Positions 51,658-60,423 of a stretch of DNA of 64,000 nt are shown here, in pieces. The notes under the pieces are model-generated. The model ran no database searches, was not told the DNA's origin, and saw only the letters and a list, made by a program, of their open reading frames with translations. Positions within the stretch are counted from its first letter, which is position 1; every line of letters starts with the position of its first letter. Source of the DNA: Burkholderiales bacterium (GTDB lineage Bacteria; Pseudomonadota; Gammaproteobacteria; Burkholderiales; SG8-39). The translations under genes were made by a program, and so were the position numbers. The DNA lies in NCBI GenBank assembly GCA_023383795.1, contig JAHDYJ010000001.1:31266-95265 (forward strand), given 5' to 3'.

Positions 51658-53554
51658 TGGCGCGGAGACCCTCTAACGCAGAGGGCGGGCTCGCGGCGGC
51701 CCGGGCGTTTCGCTGCTGGTGCCACTGCTCGAGCATCATCAGCACCCACACCATGACGCCGTAGTAAGAAGCGTGGTGCTCGAGGTGCGAAGACATGAGC
51801 TCGTCGATGAACTCCGGGCGAACGATGTGGCGCCGCCTGAGGTCACCCAGGCTGTCCATGGCAAGCTCGCGCAGCGGCGCGTGACTCGCGAGCCACGGGC
51901 CGACCGGCAGCCCGAAGCCGTGCTTGGTCTTCGCGAGGATCTCGCGCGGGAGAAAGTCCGCGAGCGCCCGCTTGAAGAAGTAGCGCAGACGCGTGCCCTT
52001 GAGCTTGAGACGCGGCCCGAGATGCGCCGAGAACTCCACCACGCGCTCGTCCAGCATGGGGAACGCTGACTCCACGCCGGCGAGGTCGCACATCCGCGTG
52101 ACCTTGGGGAGATCGTTGTCGGCCAGCGTGTACTTCAGGTCGAGCGCGAGCTGGCGGTTGATGAGCGATCGCGCAGCGGTCCGCTCGTACGTTTCGGCGA
52201 GCTGGCGCAGCGGCGCGCCCGGATCGACGGCGGCGAGGAAGTCCTCGCGAAAGACGCTCGCCGGGCCGAGATGCTCGAGCAGGTTGTAGTGCTCGAGCCG
52301 CGCGGGCATCGGCTTTGACGCGAGGCGAATGTACGCCCGCGCCTTGCGCACGCCGGGGAGCGCGCCTGCGCCGGGCGTCATGAAGGCGAGCGGCTCGACG
52401 AGCCCCGCGCGCAGCCATCCGGGCAGCCGGCCGTAGAACGAGAGGAGATGCTGGGTCGCGTAGCGCGCGTTGCCGCCGAAGAGCTCGTCGCCGCCGTCGC
52501 CGCCGAGCAGGCAGGCGACGCCCTCGGCGGCCGCGAGCCGCGCACAGTAGTAGGTGGGCACCGCCGAGGCGTTGCCGAAGGGTTGGTCGTACGCGCGCGC
52601 GATCATCGGTATCGCGGCGACCACATCGTCGGGGGTGACGTAGTACTCGAACTGCCGCGTACCGAAGTGCTTGGCCGCGATCCGCGCGTAGGCCATCTCA
52701 TCGTAGCCGGCGGCGTCGAAGCCGATCGAGAACGTCTTCGCGGGCTCCCCGCGCACGGCGCCGAGCAACCCGGCGACGGTCGAGCTGTCGGTGCCGCCGC
52801 TCAGGAACGCGCCGACCGCGCCGGCGGCCGCGGCGCCGGCGACGCTCTCGCGCAGGCACAGGACGAATCGCTCCTTGAGCGCGCCGAAAGGCGCCGTCTC
52901 GTCCTCGACGTAGCGCATCTGCCAGTAGTGACCGACTTGGACGTCGCCGGCCTTGAACAGGGCGTACGTTCCGGGCGTCAGGCGCGAGACGCCGCGGATC
53001 ACCGAGCGCGGGGCCGGGATCATGTGGAAGTACGCGTAGTCGTAGATCGCCTGAGGGTCGATATCGAACGGGATCCCCGGGTGCGAGACGACAGCATCGA
53101 CGCGCGAACCGAAGGCCACGAGCCCGCCCGACGGCGCGGCGTAGGCCATCGGGCACGTTCCGGTGCGATCGACGGCGAGCAGCACCTCGCCTTTCGCCTC
53201 GTCGATCAGCGCCAGCGCGAAAGCGCCCTGGAGCCTCGCGAGCGCGTCGACGCCGTGCTTCTTGTAGGCCGCAAGGAAGCTGCGCGGGAAGCCCGCCCAG
53301 GCCGCCTCCGCAGCAAGGGCGGCATCGGCCCAGCGCGGCCGGCCGACGATGCCGCACACGCGACCCTTTTCCGCCGCCTCGGCGATGCTCACCGCTCCGT
53401 CACGCCCGGAGGCGGCGATGCCGCCGCCTTTCACGCGCTGCGATCGCTGCATCTCGCCGGGGCCGACTGCGAGGGCGTCGCACATCCGAGCCAGGACATC
53501 TGCAGCTTCCGGCGGCGCGGGGCCCGGCGCGAAGAAACCGCACAGGCCGCTCAC
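51620..53554 (-). CDS. Asparagine synthase-family amidotransferase (third canonical PP-loop copy; offset N-terminal Cys)
   Basis: GTG 53554 gives MSGLCGFF. PP-loop GAFLSGGTDSSTVAGLL, LLGGDGGDELFGG, and a C-terminal KHGFGLPVGPWL. The C-terminal ..ASHPRESGDPVDR is encoded by a REP element. Confidence 0.88.
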   Translation of the reverse strand: MSGLCGFFAPGPAPPEAADVLARMCDALAVGPGEMQRSQRVKGGGIAASGRDGAVSIAEAAEKGRVCGIVGRPRWADAALAAEAAWAGFPRSFLAAYKKHGVDALARLQGAFALALIDEAKGEVLLAVDRTGTCPMAYAAPSGGLVAFGSRVDAVVSHPGIPFDIDPQAIYDYAYFHMIPAPRSVIRGVSRLTPGTYALFKAGDVQVGHYWQMRYVEDETAPFGALKERFVLCLRESVAGAAAAGAVGAFLSGGTDSSTVAGLLGAVRGEPAKTFSIGFDAAGYDEMAYARIAAKHFGTRQFEYYVTPDDVVAAIPMIARAYDQPFGNASAVPTYYCARLAAAEGVACLLGGDGGDELFGGNARYATQHLLSFYGRLPGWLRAGLVEPLAFMTPGAGALPGVRKARAYIRLASKPMPARLEHYNLLEHLGPASVFREDFLAAVDPGAPLRQLAETYERTAARSLINRQLALDLKYTLADNDLPKVTRMCDLAGVESAFPMLDERVVEFSAHLGPRLKLKGTRLRYFFKRALADFLPREILAKTKHGFGLPVGPWLASHAPLRELAMDSLGDLRRRHIVRPEFIDELMSSHLEHHASYYGVMVWVLMMLEQWHQQRNARAAASPPSALEGLRASHPRESGDPVDR

Positions 53555-54717
53555 TTGTCCGCTCCGGCCGGGTCGGGCTGCGCGCGCGGCGCCCGGCGCA
53601 GCGCTGCGCGCACCTTGCGCGCCGCCGGCCGGACGAGCCGCTCGTTCAGTCTGTGCATGCGCCCCCGCACGGTCGGGCTATACGCCACCACCCTGTACAG
53701 AGTCTCGCTGCGTTCGGTCCAGCGCGCCTTGTACGGATTCTGCCCCGGCCCGAGCCAGTAGCGGCGCAGCCCGCTCGCGAAGAGCTGCTGCAGCATCTGC
53801 ACGCCGAGATACGATCCGGGCGAGATCGTCTCGAGCGCCTGATCGAAGTCGGCGCGCAGGGCGAACACCTCGCCGCAACAGGCGAGCTGGTATTCCATCG
53901 CCACCGGCTTGCCGTCTAGACGCAGGCACCACATGGAAAGCCAGCCCTGCTCGCGGGCGTGGTGCGTCAGGCGGCGGATGAACGCCCCGGGCCGCGGATT
54001 GTCGAGCGTGAGCCCGGTGTCCGCCTTCCAGCTCCGCGCCGAGACCGCGACGAGTTGTTCGAGGAGCGCATCGGCGTGCTCGGGAGAGACGTCTGCGCCA
54101 CGCATCCACTGCAGCTCGAGACCGCCGGCCTTGCGCAGCCGGTTGCCGGCGAGGTTGTTCGCCTTCTTGAGGCTCCGCGACCGCCGGCCGTAGAACGCGT
54201 CCCAGGACTCGCCGAGGTCGATGTAGGCGTTCGCGTCCCAGGGCGACCGCTCGCATTCGAAGTGCGCACGCGAGGCCGGCGTCGCAAGCGCGGCCGCGAC
54301 GGCGTCTTCGGGCAGGTAGCGCAGGTCGAGCACGTCCCATTCGCGCGCGCACGCCTTCATCGCGCGCAGGAGCGCAGCGCAAACCGCTGGGGCATCGGCT
54401 CGATCGCAAACGACATCGCAGAACTGGGTGTCGGGAACGGTCAGGAACTCGAGGCTGCGCGCGGGCAGCCCGGCGTGCCGCGCCTGCTGCAGCACCAGGG
54501 GGCAGATCCCGACGACCCCATCGGATCTCCGCGAAACGAGGGCGATGCGCAGGGCGCAACCCGCGTCCCGGCGCCACCGCCAGGCGGCGTCGAACCACTC
54601 GTGCCGCAGGAAGAGGTCGCGCCCGCGCGCAGCCGGCGCCAGGCGGTTCCACGTCTCGCGAAGGGCGAGGAATTCCGCCTCGTCGGCGATCCAATCGACT
54701 GCAAGTTCGGGGGTCAC
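53551..54717 (-). CDS. GNAT-fold acyltransferase of the CelD/BioF2/FemAB-like type
   Basis: Start moved to GTG 54717 (VTPELAVDWIADEAEF..). The upstream part of ORF 53551..55263 is antisense to the ligase-like gene. FLRHEWFDAAW, SRSLKKANNLAGNRL and ISPGSYL are present. Its stop overlaps the downstream GTG (GTGA). Confidence 0.8.
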   Translation of the reverse strand: MTPELAVDWIADEAEFLALRETWNRLAPAARGRDLFLRHEWFDAAWRWRRDAGCALRIALVSRRSDGVVGICPLVLQQARHAGLPARSLEFLTVPDTQFCDVVCDRADAPAVCAALLRAMKACAREWDVLDLRYLPEDAVAAALATPASRAHFECERSPWDANAYIDLGESWDAFYGRRSRSLKKANNLAGNRLRKAGGLELQWMRGADVSPEHADALLEQLVAVSARSWKADTGLTLDNPRPGAFIRRLTHHAREQGWLSMWCLRLDGKPVAMEYQLACCGEVFALRADFDQALETISPGSYLGVQMLQQLFASGLRRYWLGPGQNPYKARWTERSETLYRVVAYSPTVRGRMHRLNERLVRPAARKVRAALRRAPRAQPDPAGADK

Positions 54718-54789
54718 TGAGGGTATGATTCTGCGGTGCAATAGTAGCAGCCCCCGCAGGGCTGCTCTTGTGACCGTTTCCGCGCCCCG

Positions 54790-56133
54790 ATGCGAGACAT
54801 CGTACTCACGGCGATCATCTTCGGCCTGCTGCCGGTCTGCGTCATGCGCCCGTGGATCGGCATCCTCGCCTGGTACTGGCTCGGGCTGATGAACCCGCAC
54901 ATGTTCACCTGGGGCTTCGCGCGGACCATGCCGTTCGCGATGATGATCGCCGTCGCCACGCTGATCGGGACGCTCATCGCCCGCGATCGCAAGTCGATTC
55001 CGTGGAACCGCGAGCTCGTGCTCGTTGCGATGTTCATGGGCTACGTCACCTTCACGAACTTCTTCGCATGGGAACCCGCGGCCGCCTGGGCGTACTGGGA
55101 GCAGTTCGGCAAGATCCTGCTGATGACGTTCGTCGCGACGATGCTCATCTACGGCAAGGATCGCATCCGGGCCCTGATGCTCGTCATCGGCGCGAGCTTC
55201 GCGTTCTACGGCATCAAGGGCGCCGTGTTCACGATCAGGGGCGGCGGCATCCACAATGTGCAAGGACCGGAGGGCGTCTTCATCGGCGGGAACACCTTTC
55301 TCGGCCTGGCCCTGAACATGGCGATCCCCGTGCTCGTCGCGCTGGCGCGTGACGAGCAGAACCGCAAGCTCAAGTACTTCCTGAACTTCTCCGCCGCGTG
55401 CTGCGTGATCTCGAGCGTCTTCACCTACTCGCGCGGAGCGCTGCTCGGCCTCGCCGTCGTGTTGCCGCTGCTGCTGTTGCGCGACCCGCGGAAGGCGTGG
55501 GGCGGGATGATCTTCCTGATCGCCGCGGGATATCTCGTGATCACAATCGCGCCGGAGCGGCTCTGGCAGCGCGCCGAGACGATCCAGACCTACGAGGAGG
55601 ACGGCTCGGCGATGGCGCGGCTGCGCTCATGGAGCGTCGCTTGGAACATCGCGAAGGACCGTCCGATCACCGGCGCCGGCTTCCAGTACGAGTACTCGCC
55701 GAACCGCGCGAGATGGTTCAGCTATCAGGACGAGCGATTCCAGGATCTGGGCGGCGGCACCCAGTCGGCGCACAGCGCGTTCTTCCAGGTACTGGGTCAG
55801 CACGGGTTCGTCGGCCTGGGGATCTATCTCTTCCTGATGGCCTCCGCGCTCCTGCACCTGACGAGGCTGCGAAGACAGGCGCGCGCACTCCCCGATACCG
55901 GGTGGATCGCGACCTACGCGGACGGCTTGCGCATCGGCATCATCGCCTTCGCGATCAGCGGCGCGTTCCTAAACGTCGCCTACTTCGACCTCTACTACAT
56001 CTACATCGCGATGACGGCGATCCTCGCGCGCGAGCTCAAGACAGTCTTGCAGCCTGCCACCGCCGCAACCGCGCGTCCGGTACCTGCCGTCGGTGCGCCG
56101 GCCGGGATCCTGCAGAGCGAGCGGCGCTCCTAG
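54790..56133 (+). CDS. O-antigen-ligase-like (Wzy_C) membrane protein, exosortase A system-associated 'O-glycosylation ligase' type
   Basis: 447 aa, at least 10 TM helices. RPWIGILAWYWLGLMNPH N-terminus, FTYSRGALLG, a large loop with GAGFQYEY...SAHSAFFQVLGQHGFVGL (the Wzy_C His motif region). Confidence 0.85.
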   Translation: MRDIVLTAIIFGLLPVCVMRPWIGILAWYWLGLMNPHMFTWGFARTMPFAMMIAVATLIGTLIARDRKSIPWNRELVLVAMFMGYVTFTNFFAWEPAAAWAYWEQFGKILLMTFVATMLIYGKDRIRALMLVIGASFAFYGIKGAVFTIRGGGIHNVQGPEGVFIGGNTFLGLALNMAIPVLVALARDEQNRKLKYFLNFSAACCVISSVFTYSRGALLGLAVVLPLLLLRDPRKAWGGMIFLIAAGYLVITIAPERLWQRAETIQTYEEDGSAMARLRSWSVAWNIAKDRPITGAGFQYEYSPNRARWFSYQDERFQDLGGGTQSAHSAFFQVLGQHGFVGLGIYLFLMASALLHLTRLRRQARALPDTGWIATYADGLRIGIIAFAISGAFLNVAYFDLYYIYIAMTAILARELKTVLQPATAATARPVPAVGAPAGILQSERRS

Positions 56134-56150
56134 GCAGCAGCGAAGCGGCG

Positions 56151-56810
56151 CTACCGGTCGCGCTGGTCCCCGGCGGAATCCTTGGCGGCGTCAACCGAAG
56201 GTTCGGTGGACTTCCAGGCCCCGACGGCCTGGAGCTGCCGCTTCAAGCCCGGGAAACTGACGCCGAGCTGGTACGCCTTCTGGGCGTGTGCGTTGGCCTG
56301 TGCGTAGTCCTTGGTGTCGACGTACGCCAAACCGAGGTTGTAATGGGCGAAACCCGAACTCGCATTGATCTCGAGGGCCTTCCGGTACTGGGCGATCGCG
56401 GCGTCCGTGCGCCCGAGCTTGTGCAGGAAAACGCCGTAGATCACGTAGGTCTCGTCGTGCTGGGGATAGCGCTCGAGCGCCGCCTTGAAGCGCTGCTCTG
56501 CGAGACCGGGGCGTTGCACTCCGATCGCCACCTGGGAGATGCCCGCAAGGGCGCGCGGATGGTTCGGGACGTACTTGAGCATGAACTCCAGGTCGGCCAG
56601 CGCGCCCTCGTAACGCCGCCGCTCGAGCGCCCCGACGGCCCGCCGGTAATGATTCTGGTCGAGGTTGCGGAGCATCTGCGCGCCTTCGGTGGATGCGCCG
56701 GCGGTGTAGTAATCCCGCCCAGCGTCTTGCGCCGCGGCGCCCAGCGCGAGCGCGCAAGAGAGCGCCGCTGCGGCAACCAGCGTCGCCGAGAAGCGGATTC
56801 TTTGCCCCAT
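56151..56810 (-). CDS. Secreted TPR-repeat protein
   Basis: Signal MGQRIRFSATLVAAAALSCALALGAAAQ. Three to four TPR units (YEGALADLEFMLKYVPNHPRAL, AEQRFKAALERYPQHDET, AIAQYRKALEINASSGFAHYNLGLAY, AQANAHAQKAYQLG). Confidence 0.85.
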   Translation of the reverse strand: MGQRIRFSATLVAAAALSCALALGAAAQDAGRDYYTAGASTEGAQMLRNLDQNHYRRAVGALERRRYEGALADLEFMLKYVPNHPRALAGISQVAIGVQRPGLAEQRFKAALERYPQHDETYVIYGVFLHKLGRTDAAIAQYRKALEINASSGFAHYNLGLAYVDTKDYAQANAHAQKAYQLGVSFPGLKRQLQAVGAWKSTEPSVDAAKDSAGDQRDR

Positions 56811-56862
56811 CGGGTGCTCCTACGTATGGATGAACGACACCGAAGCTCTGAAGGCGCCGGAC

Positions 56863-58269
56863 TCATCGGGTCAATAGTAACCGCTGAAGCCGCGATGGCA
56901 AGGGCATTCGTCGCTCAATTGCGTGCGCGTCTCGGCGGCAACCAGGAACCCCCGCCGGGAGCGGCTTGCGCTCCAGTGCGAGCCGCCACTTTGCCGACCC
57001 TCGCGCATACGCGCCGGCGGTGCCCGAAGTGCGCGGCACACCGTCGAAATCGAGCAGCGCATGCGTGGCCCGGTCGCGGACCTCGGGCCAGTCCACTCTA
57101 ATCGCCTCGGGCTCGCGCGGCGCCAGGTCGAGCTCGCCAAGGGGAGCGAACGGGTCGCGCAGCACGCGGGCCGCCGCCGCGAGGTCGCCGACCACGTTGC
57201 CGCTCGCCTGATCGGCGGTGATCGGCACGCCGGCGAAGACCGCGTTGCCGAACGCGCGCTGGCGACGCTCGGGGTTGCCGCCGACGATCGAGATTCCGTC
57301 ATCCCTTGCGATCACGGTGTTGCCGAAGACGTCGATCGACTCGGGACGCCCATTGTGCGGCTGGATCCTTACGGCGCTGCCGGACGCGTTCACGAGCACG
57401 TTGCTGTAGAGCGCGACGTTGCCCTCGCCCTGGAAGAGCGCCTCGGTGGTGTTCTCGTGGAAGAAATTGCCGTAGATCAGGTAGAGGTCGTCGGCGCCTG
57501 GCCCCTCGGTCGGGAAATGCCCGACGAGCAGGTTGGGCCGCGCCAGCTCGGCACCGGCGGCGTTGTTTGCCTTGCTGAAGACGTTGTGCCTGATGACGGT
57601 CGCGCTCGGCCGGGAGGGCATGTCCGGCAGGTCCGGCCGCGCGCGCTGGTGCTTGATCTGCAGGTTGTAGCCGAGCGTGTCGCGCACGAGGTTCCCTTCG
57701 ATCAGGCCGCCGACGAAGGGCGCCCTGCCGTCGGAGTTCCCGAGGTACATGCCGGTGCCGGCGCCGACGATCACGTTGTTGCGGATCACCCAACCCCACG
57801 CGGGGCACTTGGTCGAGATACCCACGATCTGCTGGCCAGCACCGTACCCGAGGATGCGAAGGTCCTCGATCGTGATGTGATGCGCGAAGCGGGCACGCCC
57901 TTCGGCCTTGACCGCATCAACCGGAACTCCCGCGCCATCGAGATCGAGACCGGCAATCTCCACGTAGCTCGAATCGACGATGCTCACGGTATTCTGGCCC
58001 GGCTGCGCGACGAAGCGGGGCCGGTTGCGCGGATCGCCGCCCTCGATGCGGATCGGCGCACTAGGTTCGCCGTTGAGGCCGCGGATCGGCAGACCCCGGA
58101 CGTAGTCGCCCGGGGCGAGCCGCAGGACATCGCCCGGCTGCAGGCGGGCGAGCAGCGCCCGGTAGTCCGCGGGCGTTGCCTCGACGACGACCGCGTGGGC
58201 GGCCGGTGCCGCCGCGAGCGCGGCGACGACGGCCGCACCGGCGAACTTGACGGAGATCGTGGTCCGCAT
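56863..58269 (-). CDS. Secreted right-handed parallel beta-helix (PbH1/pectate-lyase-fold) protein
   Basis: Start moved to ATG 58269 (MRTTISVKFAGAAVVAALAAAPAAHA signal). Periodic [IV]xxN coils are seen: VIRNNVIVG, LIEGNLVRD, VIRHNVFSK, LIYGNFFHE, LYSNVLVNA, VFGNTVIAR, AFGNAVFAG. Confidence 0.82.
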   Translation of the reverse strand: MRTTISVKFAGAAVVAALAAAPAAHAVVVEATPADYRALLARLQPGDVLRLAPGDYVRGLPIRGLNGEPSAPIRIEGGDPRNRPRFVAQPGQNTVSIVDSSYVEIAGLDLDGAGVPVDAVKAEGRARFAHHITIEDLRILGYGAGQQIVGISTKCPAWGWVIRNNVIVGAGTGMYLGNSDGRAPFVGGLIEGNLVRDTLGYNLQIKHQRARPDLPDMPSRPSATVIRHNVFSKANNAAGAELARPNLLVGHFPTEGPGADDLYLIYGNFFHENTTEALFQGEGNVALYSNVLVNASGSAVRIQPHNGRPESIDVFGNTVIARDDGISIVGGNPERRQRAFGNAVFAGVPITADQASGNVVGDLAAAARVLRDPFAPLGELDLAPREPEAIRVDWPEVRDRATHALLDFDGVPRTSGTAGAYARGSAKWRLALERKPLPAGVPGCRRDAHAIERRMPLPSRLQRLLLTR

Positions 58270-58452
58270 CGATTCTCGCTGAAGGCGGAATTGTGTCGTT
58301 CTCGGGCGGGATCGGCGCGTGGCAGAATTCGGCGCATGCTCCGTCGTGCCGCACGTTCGCGGCGCGATCGCCCGATGCGCGTGGCTGCGAGACCGCAAAC
58401 CCGATCCTCCACACAAGCCCCTCGAGCCGCCGACGCCAGGCCGGCGGCCGCG

Positions 58453-59664
58453 ATGGGCGCGGGCGACATTATCCGCCTCCCGTACGTCTACCGGGTTCCG
58501 CTGTGCCGGCCGTTCTGGAGCGGGCGGACGTACGCCGCCCTCGCACGCTGCATCGGTGCCGGGCGCGTCGTGTACGGTCCGGACATCGCGCGGCTCGAGG
58601 CGCGGCTGGCAGCGTTCCTGGGGACGCCGGCCGCCATCGCGTGCAACAGCGGGCGCGCGGCGCTCGAGCTCGCGCTGCGCGCCACCGGGGTCGACGCCGG
58701 CGACGAGGTCGTCGTGCCGACGTTCTGTTGCGCGAGCATCATTCCGCCGATCCTTGCGGTCGGCGCTGTGCCGGTGCTCGCCGACGTCGGCGCGGGTCTG
58801 ACGTTGACCCCGGAGACCGTGGAAGCCGCACTGAGCTCGCGCACGCGGGCGGTCGTCGTCGCGCATCTCTTCGGCAACCCGGCGCCGATCGAGGCGATCG
58901 AAGCGCTTTGCCGGGCGCGGGGGCTCGTCGTCGTCGACGACGCGGCGCAGGCGCTGGGGGCGGAAGTGGAAGGAAGGCGCCTGGGCACTTTCGGCGACGC
59001 CGGCATCGTGAGCTTCGGCAACGGCAAGGTGTGCTTCGGCACCGGCGGCGGCGTCCTGGTGTCGCGCGAGCGTGCGGTGCTCGAGCAGGCCCGCGCGGTC
59101 CGCTTTGCGCCTCCGGCGTTCGCATCCACCCTGACGCGGGCGGCAGGGGTCACGGTCTGGCGCCGGTGGCGCCGCTGGTCGCTCCCGTTGCAAGTCGCGT
59201 TACGCCGCATGCTGCCGGCAGAAGCTGCGACCGCATACGCCGGACGGTCGATGGCGAATCTCGACGCGACCGTGGCCTCGAGCCTGCTGGACACGCTCGA
59301 CGCCAACCTCGCTGCGCGACGCGCCCGCGTCGATGAATATCGCGCGCTGCTCGGCGACGAGGTCTCGTGGGGGCTGGTGCCGCACGCGGCGGGTTCGGCG
59401 TGCCTGACCCAGGTCGTGAGCTTCCACGGCGGGGAGCACGCCGCCCTCGCCGTCGTGAAGACGCTCCGCGACCATGGTTACGAGGTGGACCGGAGTTACC
59501 GCCCGTTGCATCTCCAGTCCGCATACGAGCGGCATGCGCGCGGCGCGCTGCCGAACGCCGCGCGCGCTTGGCCGTCGCTCGTGGAACTGCCGTGCGAGCC
59601 GACGGTCCGGATGGAAGACGTCCGGCGGATCGCGGAGGCCGTCAGGGCAGCCGCTGGCACGTAG
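58453..59664 (+). CDS. DegT/DnrJ/EryC1/StrS-family PLP-dependent sugar aminotransferase
   Basis: ATG 58453 within ORF 56923..59664, whose upstream part is antisense to the beta-helix gene. NSGRAALELAL, DEVVVPTF, VDDAAQALG, and SFGNGKV (the PLP lysine). Confidence 0.85.
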   Translation: MGAGDIIRLPYVYRVPLCRPFWSGRTYAALARCIGAGRVVYGPDIARLEARLAAFLGTPAAIACNSGRAALELALRATGVDAGDEVVVPTFCCASIIPPILAVGAVPVLADVGAGLTLTPETVEAALSSRTRAVVVAHLFGNPAPIEAIEALCRARGLVVVDDAAQALGAEVEGRRLGTFGDAGIVSFGNGKVCFGTGGGVLVSRERAVLEQARAVRFAPPAFASTLTRAAGVTVWRRWRRWSLPLQVALRRMLPAEAATAYAGRSMANLDATVASSLLDTLDANLAARRARVDEYRALLGDEVSWGLVPHAAGSACLTQVVSFHGGEHAALAVVKTLRDHGYEVDRSYRPLHLQSAYERHARGALPNAARAWPSLVELPCEPTVRMEDVRRIAEAVRAAAGT

Positions 59665-59688
59665 CCATCGACCGTTCCGCGAGTCCGC

Positions 59689-60381
59689 ATGAGGGTGCTC
59701 GAGAAGATCAGGCGGATCCCCGCCGTGTACGCGAAGGAAGGGCTCGGCGGGCTCGGCCGCGCCGTCGCGGGCCGCCTGATCGAGCACACGGAGTTCGTCG
59801 CCGCGCAGCGCGACCTGCGCGAGCCGCCGCTCCCGGCAGGATGCAGCCTCGCGTTCGAGATCCGGCGCGTCGACGACGCGCTCTTCGAGCGGTTCAGGTC
59901 GATGCCTGCGCCGCTGCCGCGCCATTTCGAGTATCGCATCGTCTACGGAATGCGAAACTGCTATGCAGCATGGGTCGGCGACGACCTCGGCGCGGTCATG
60001 TGGCCGGTCTTCGCGGCCGACAACCGGAGAATGGTGACACGGTGGCGTTTCCTGCTGCCCGACGAGGCGCGGGTGTCCAACATCTGGGCCTCCCCGGCGT
60101 ATCGCGGCACCGGCCTCATCGACGCTTGCTTCGAGCGCTTCGAGCGGCTCTTCGCCGCGGCGGGATTTCGCTACTTCTACACGTTCACGTGGGTCGGGAA
60201 TCATGCCTCGCGAAAGCTCTCCGCTCGCCGCGGCTACCGCGAGGTCGGGACCATCCATCGCTACGCCCTCCCGTGGCTGCGCGAGGGGAACGGGCTCTAC
60301 ATCCGGTCGGCGATTCCGCGGGAGCCGTTGGCCACGCACCATCCCGGGGGCGACATGGAGCTGCCCGAACGCATCGGGTAG
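59689..60381 (+). CDS. GNAT-family N-acetyltransferase
   Basis: 230 aa. The acetyl-CoA-binding-like segment IWASPAYRGTGLIDACFERFERLFAAAGFRYFYTFTWVGNHASRKLSARRGYREVG. Confidence 0.75.
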   Translation: MRVLEKIRRIPAVYAKEGLGGLGRAVAGRLIEHTEFVAAQRDLREPPLPAGCSLAFEIRRVDDALFERFRSMPAPLPRHFEYRIVYGMRNCYAAWVGDDLGAVMWPVFAADNRRMVTRWRFLLPDEARVSNIWASPAYRGTGLIDACFERFERLFAAAGFRYFYTFTWVGNHASRKLSARRGYREVGTIHRYALPWLREGNGLYIRSAIPREPLATHHPGGDMELPERIG

Positions 60382-60423
60382 CCGGCGGCGACCCTTCCTC
60401 GGCCCAACCGCTCGAGCTCACAC

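Noticed and set aside
54738-54756. GG-N10-GC spacing in CGGTGCAATAGTAGCA upstream of the ligase-like gene, considered as a sigma-54 promoter.
   Set aside because: Only the GG, the GC and a few flanking bases match, and both the TGGCAC and TTGC cores are degenerate.
58320-58351. Two sigma-54-like -24 boxes in the divergent region between the beta-helix and aminotransferase genes: TGGCAG on plus and CGGCACG on minus.
   Set aside because: In both cases the GC of the -12 element is offset by one nucleotide (N11 on plus, N9 on minus) and TTGC is absent. This is not better than chance in GC-rich DNA.
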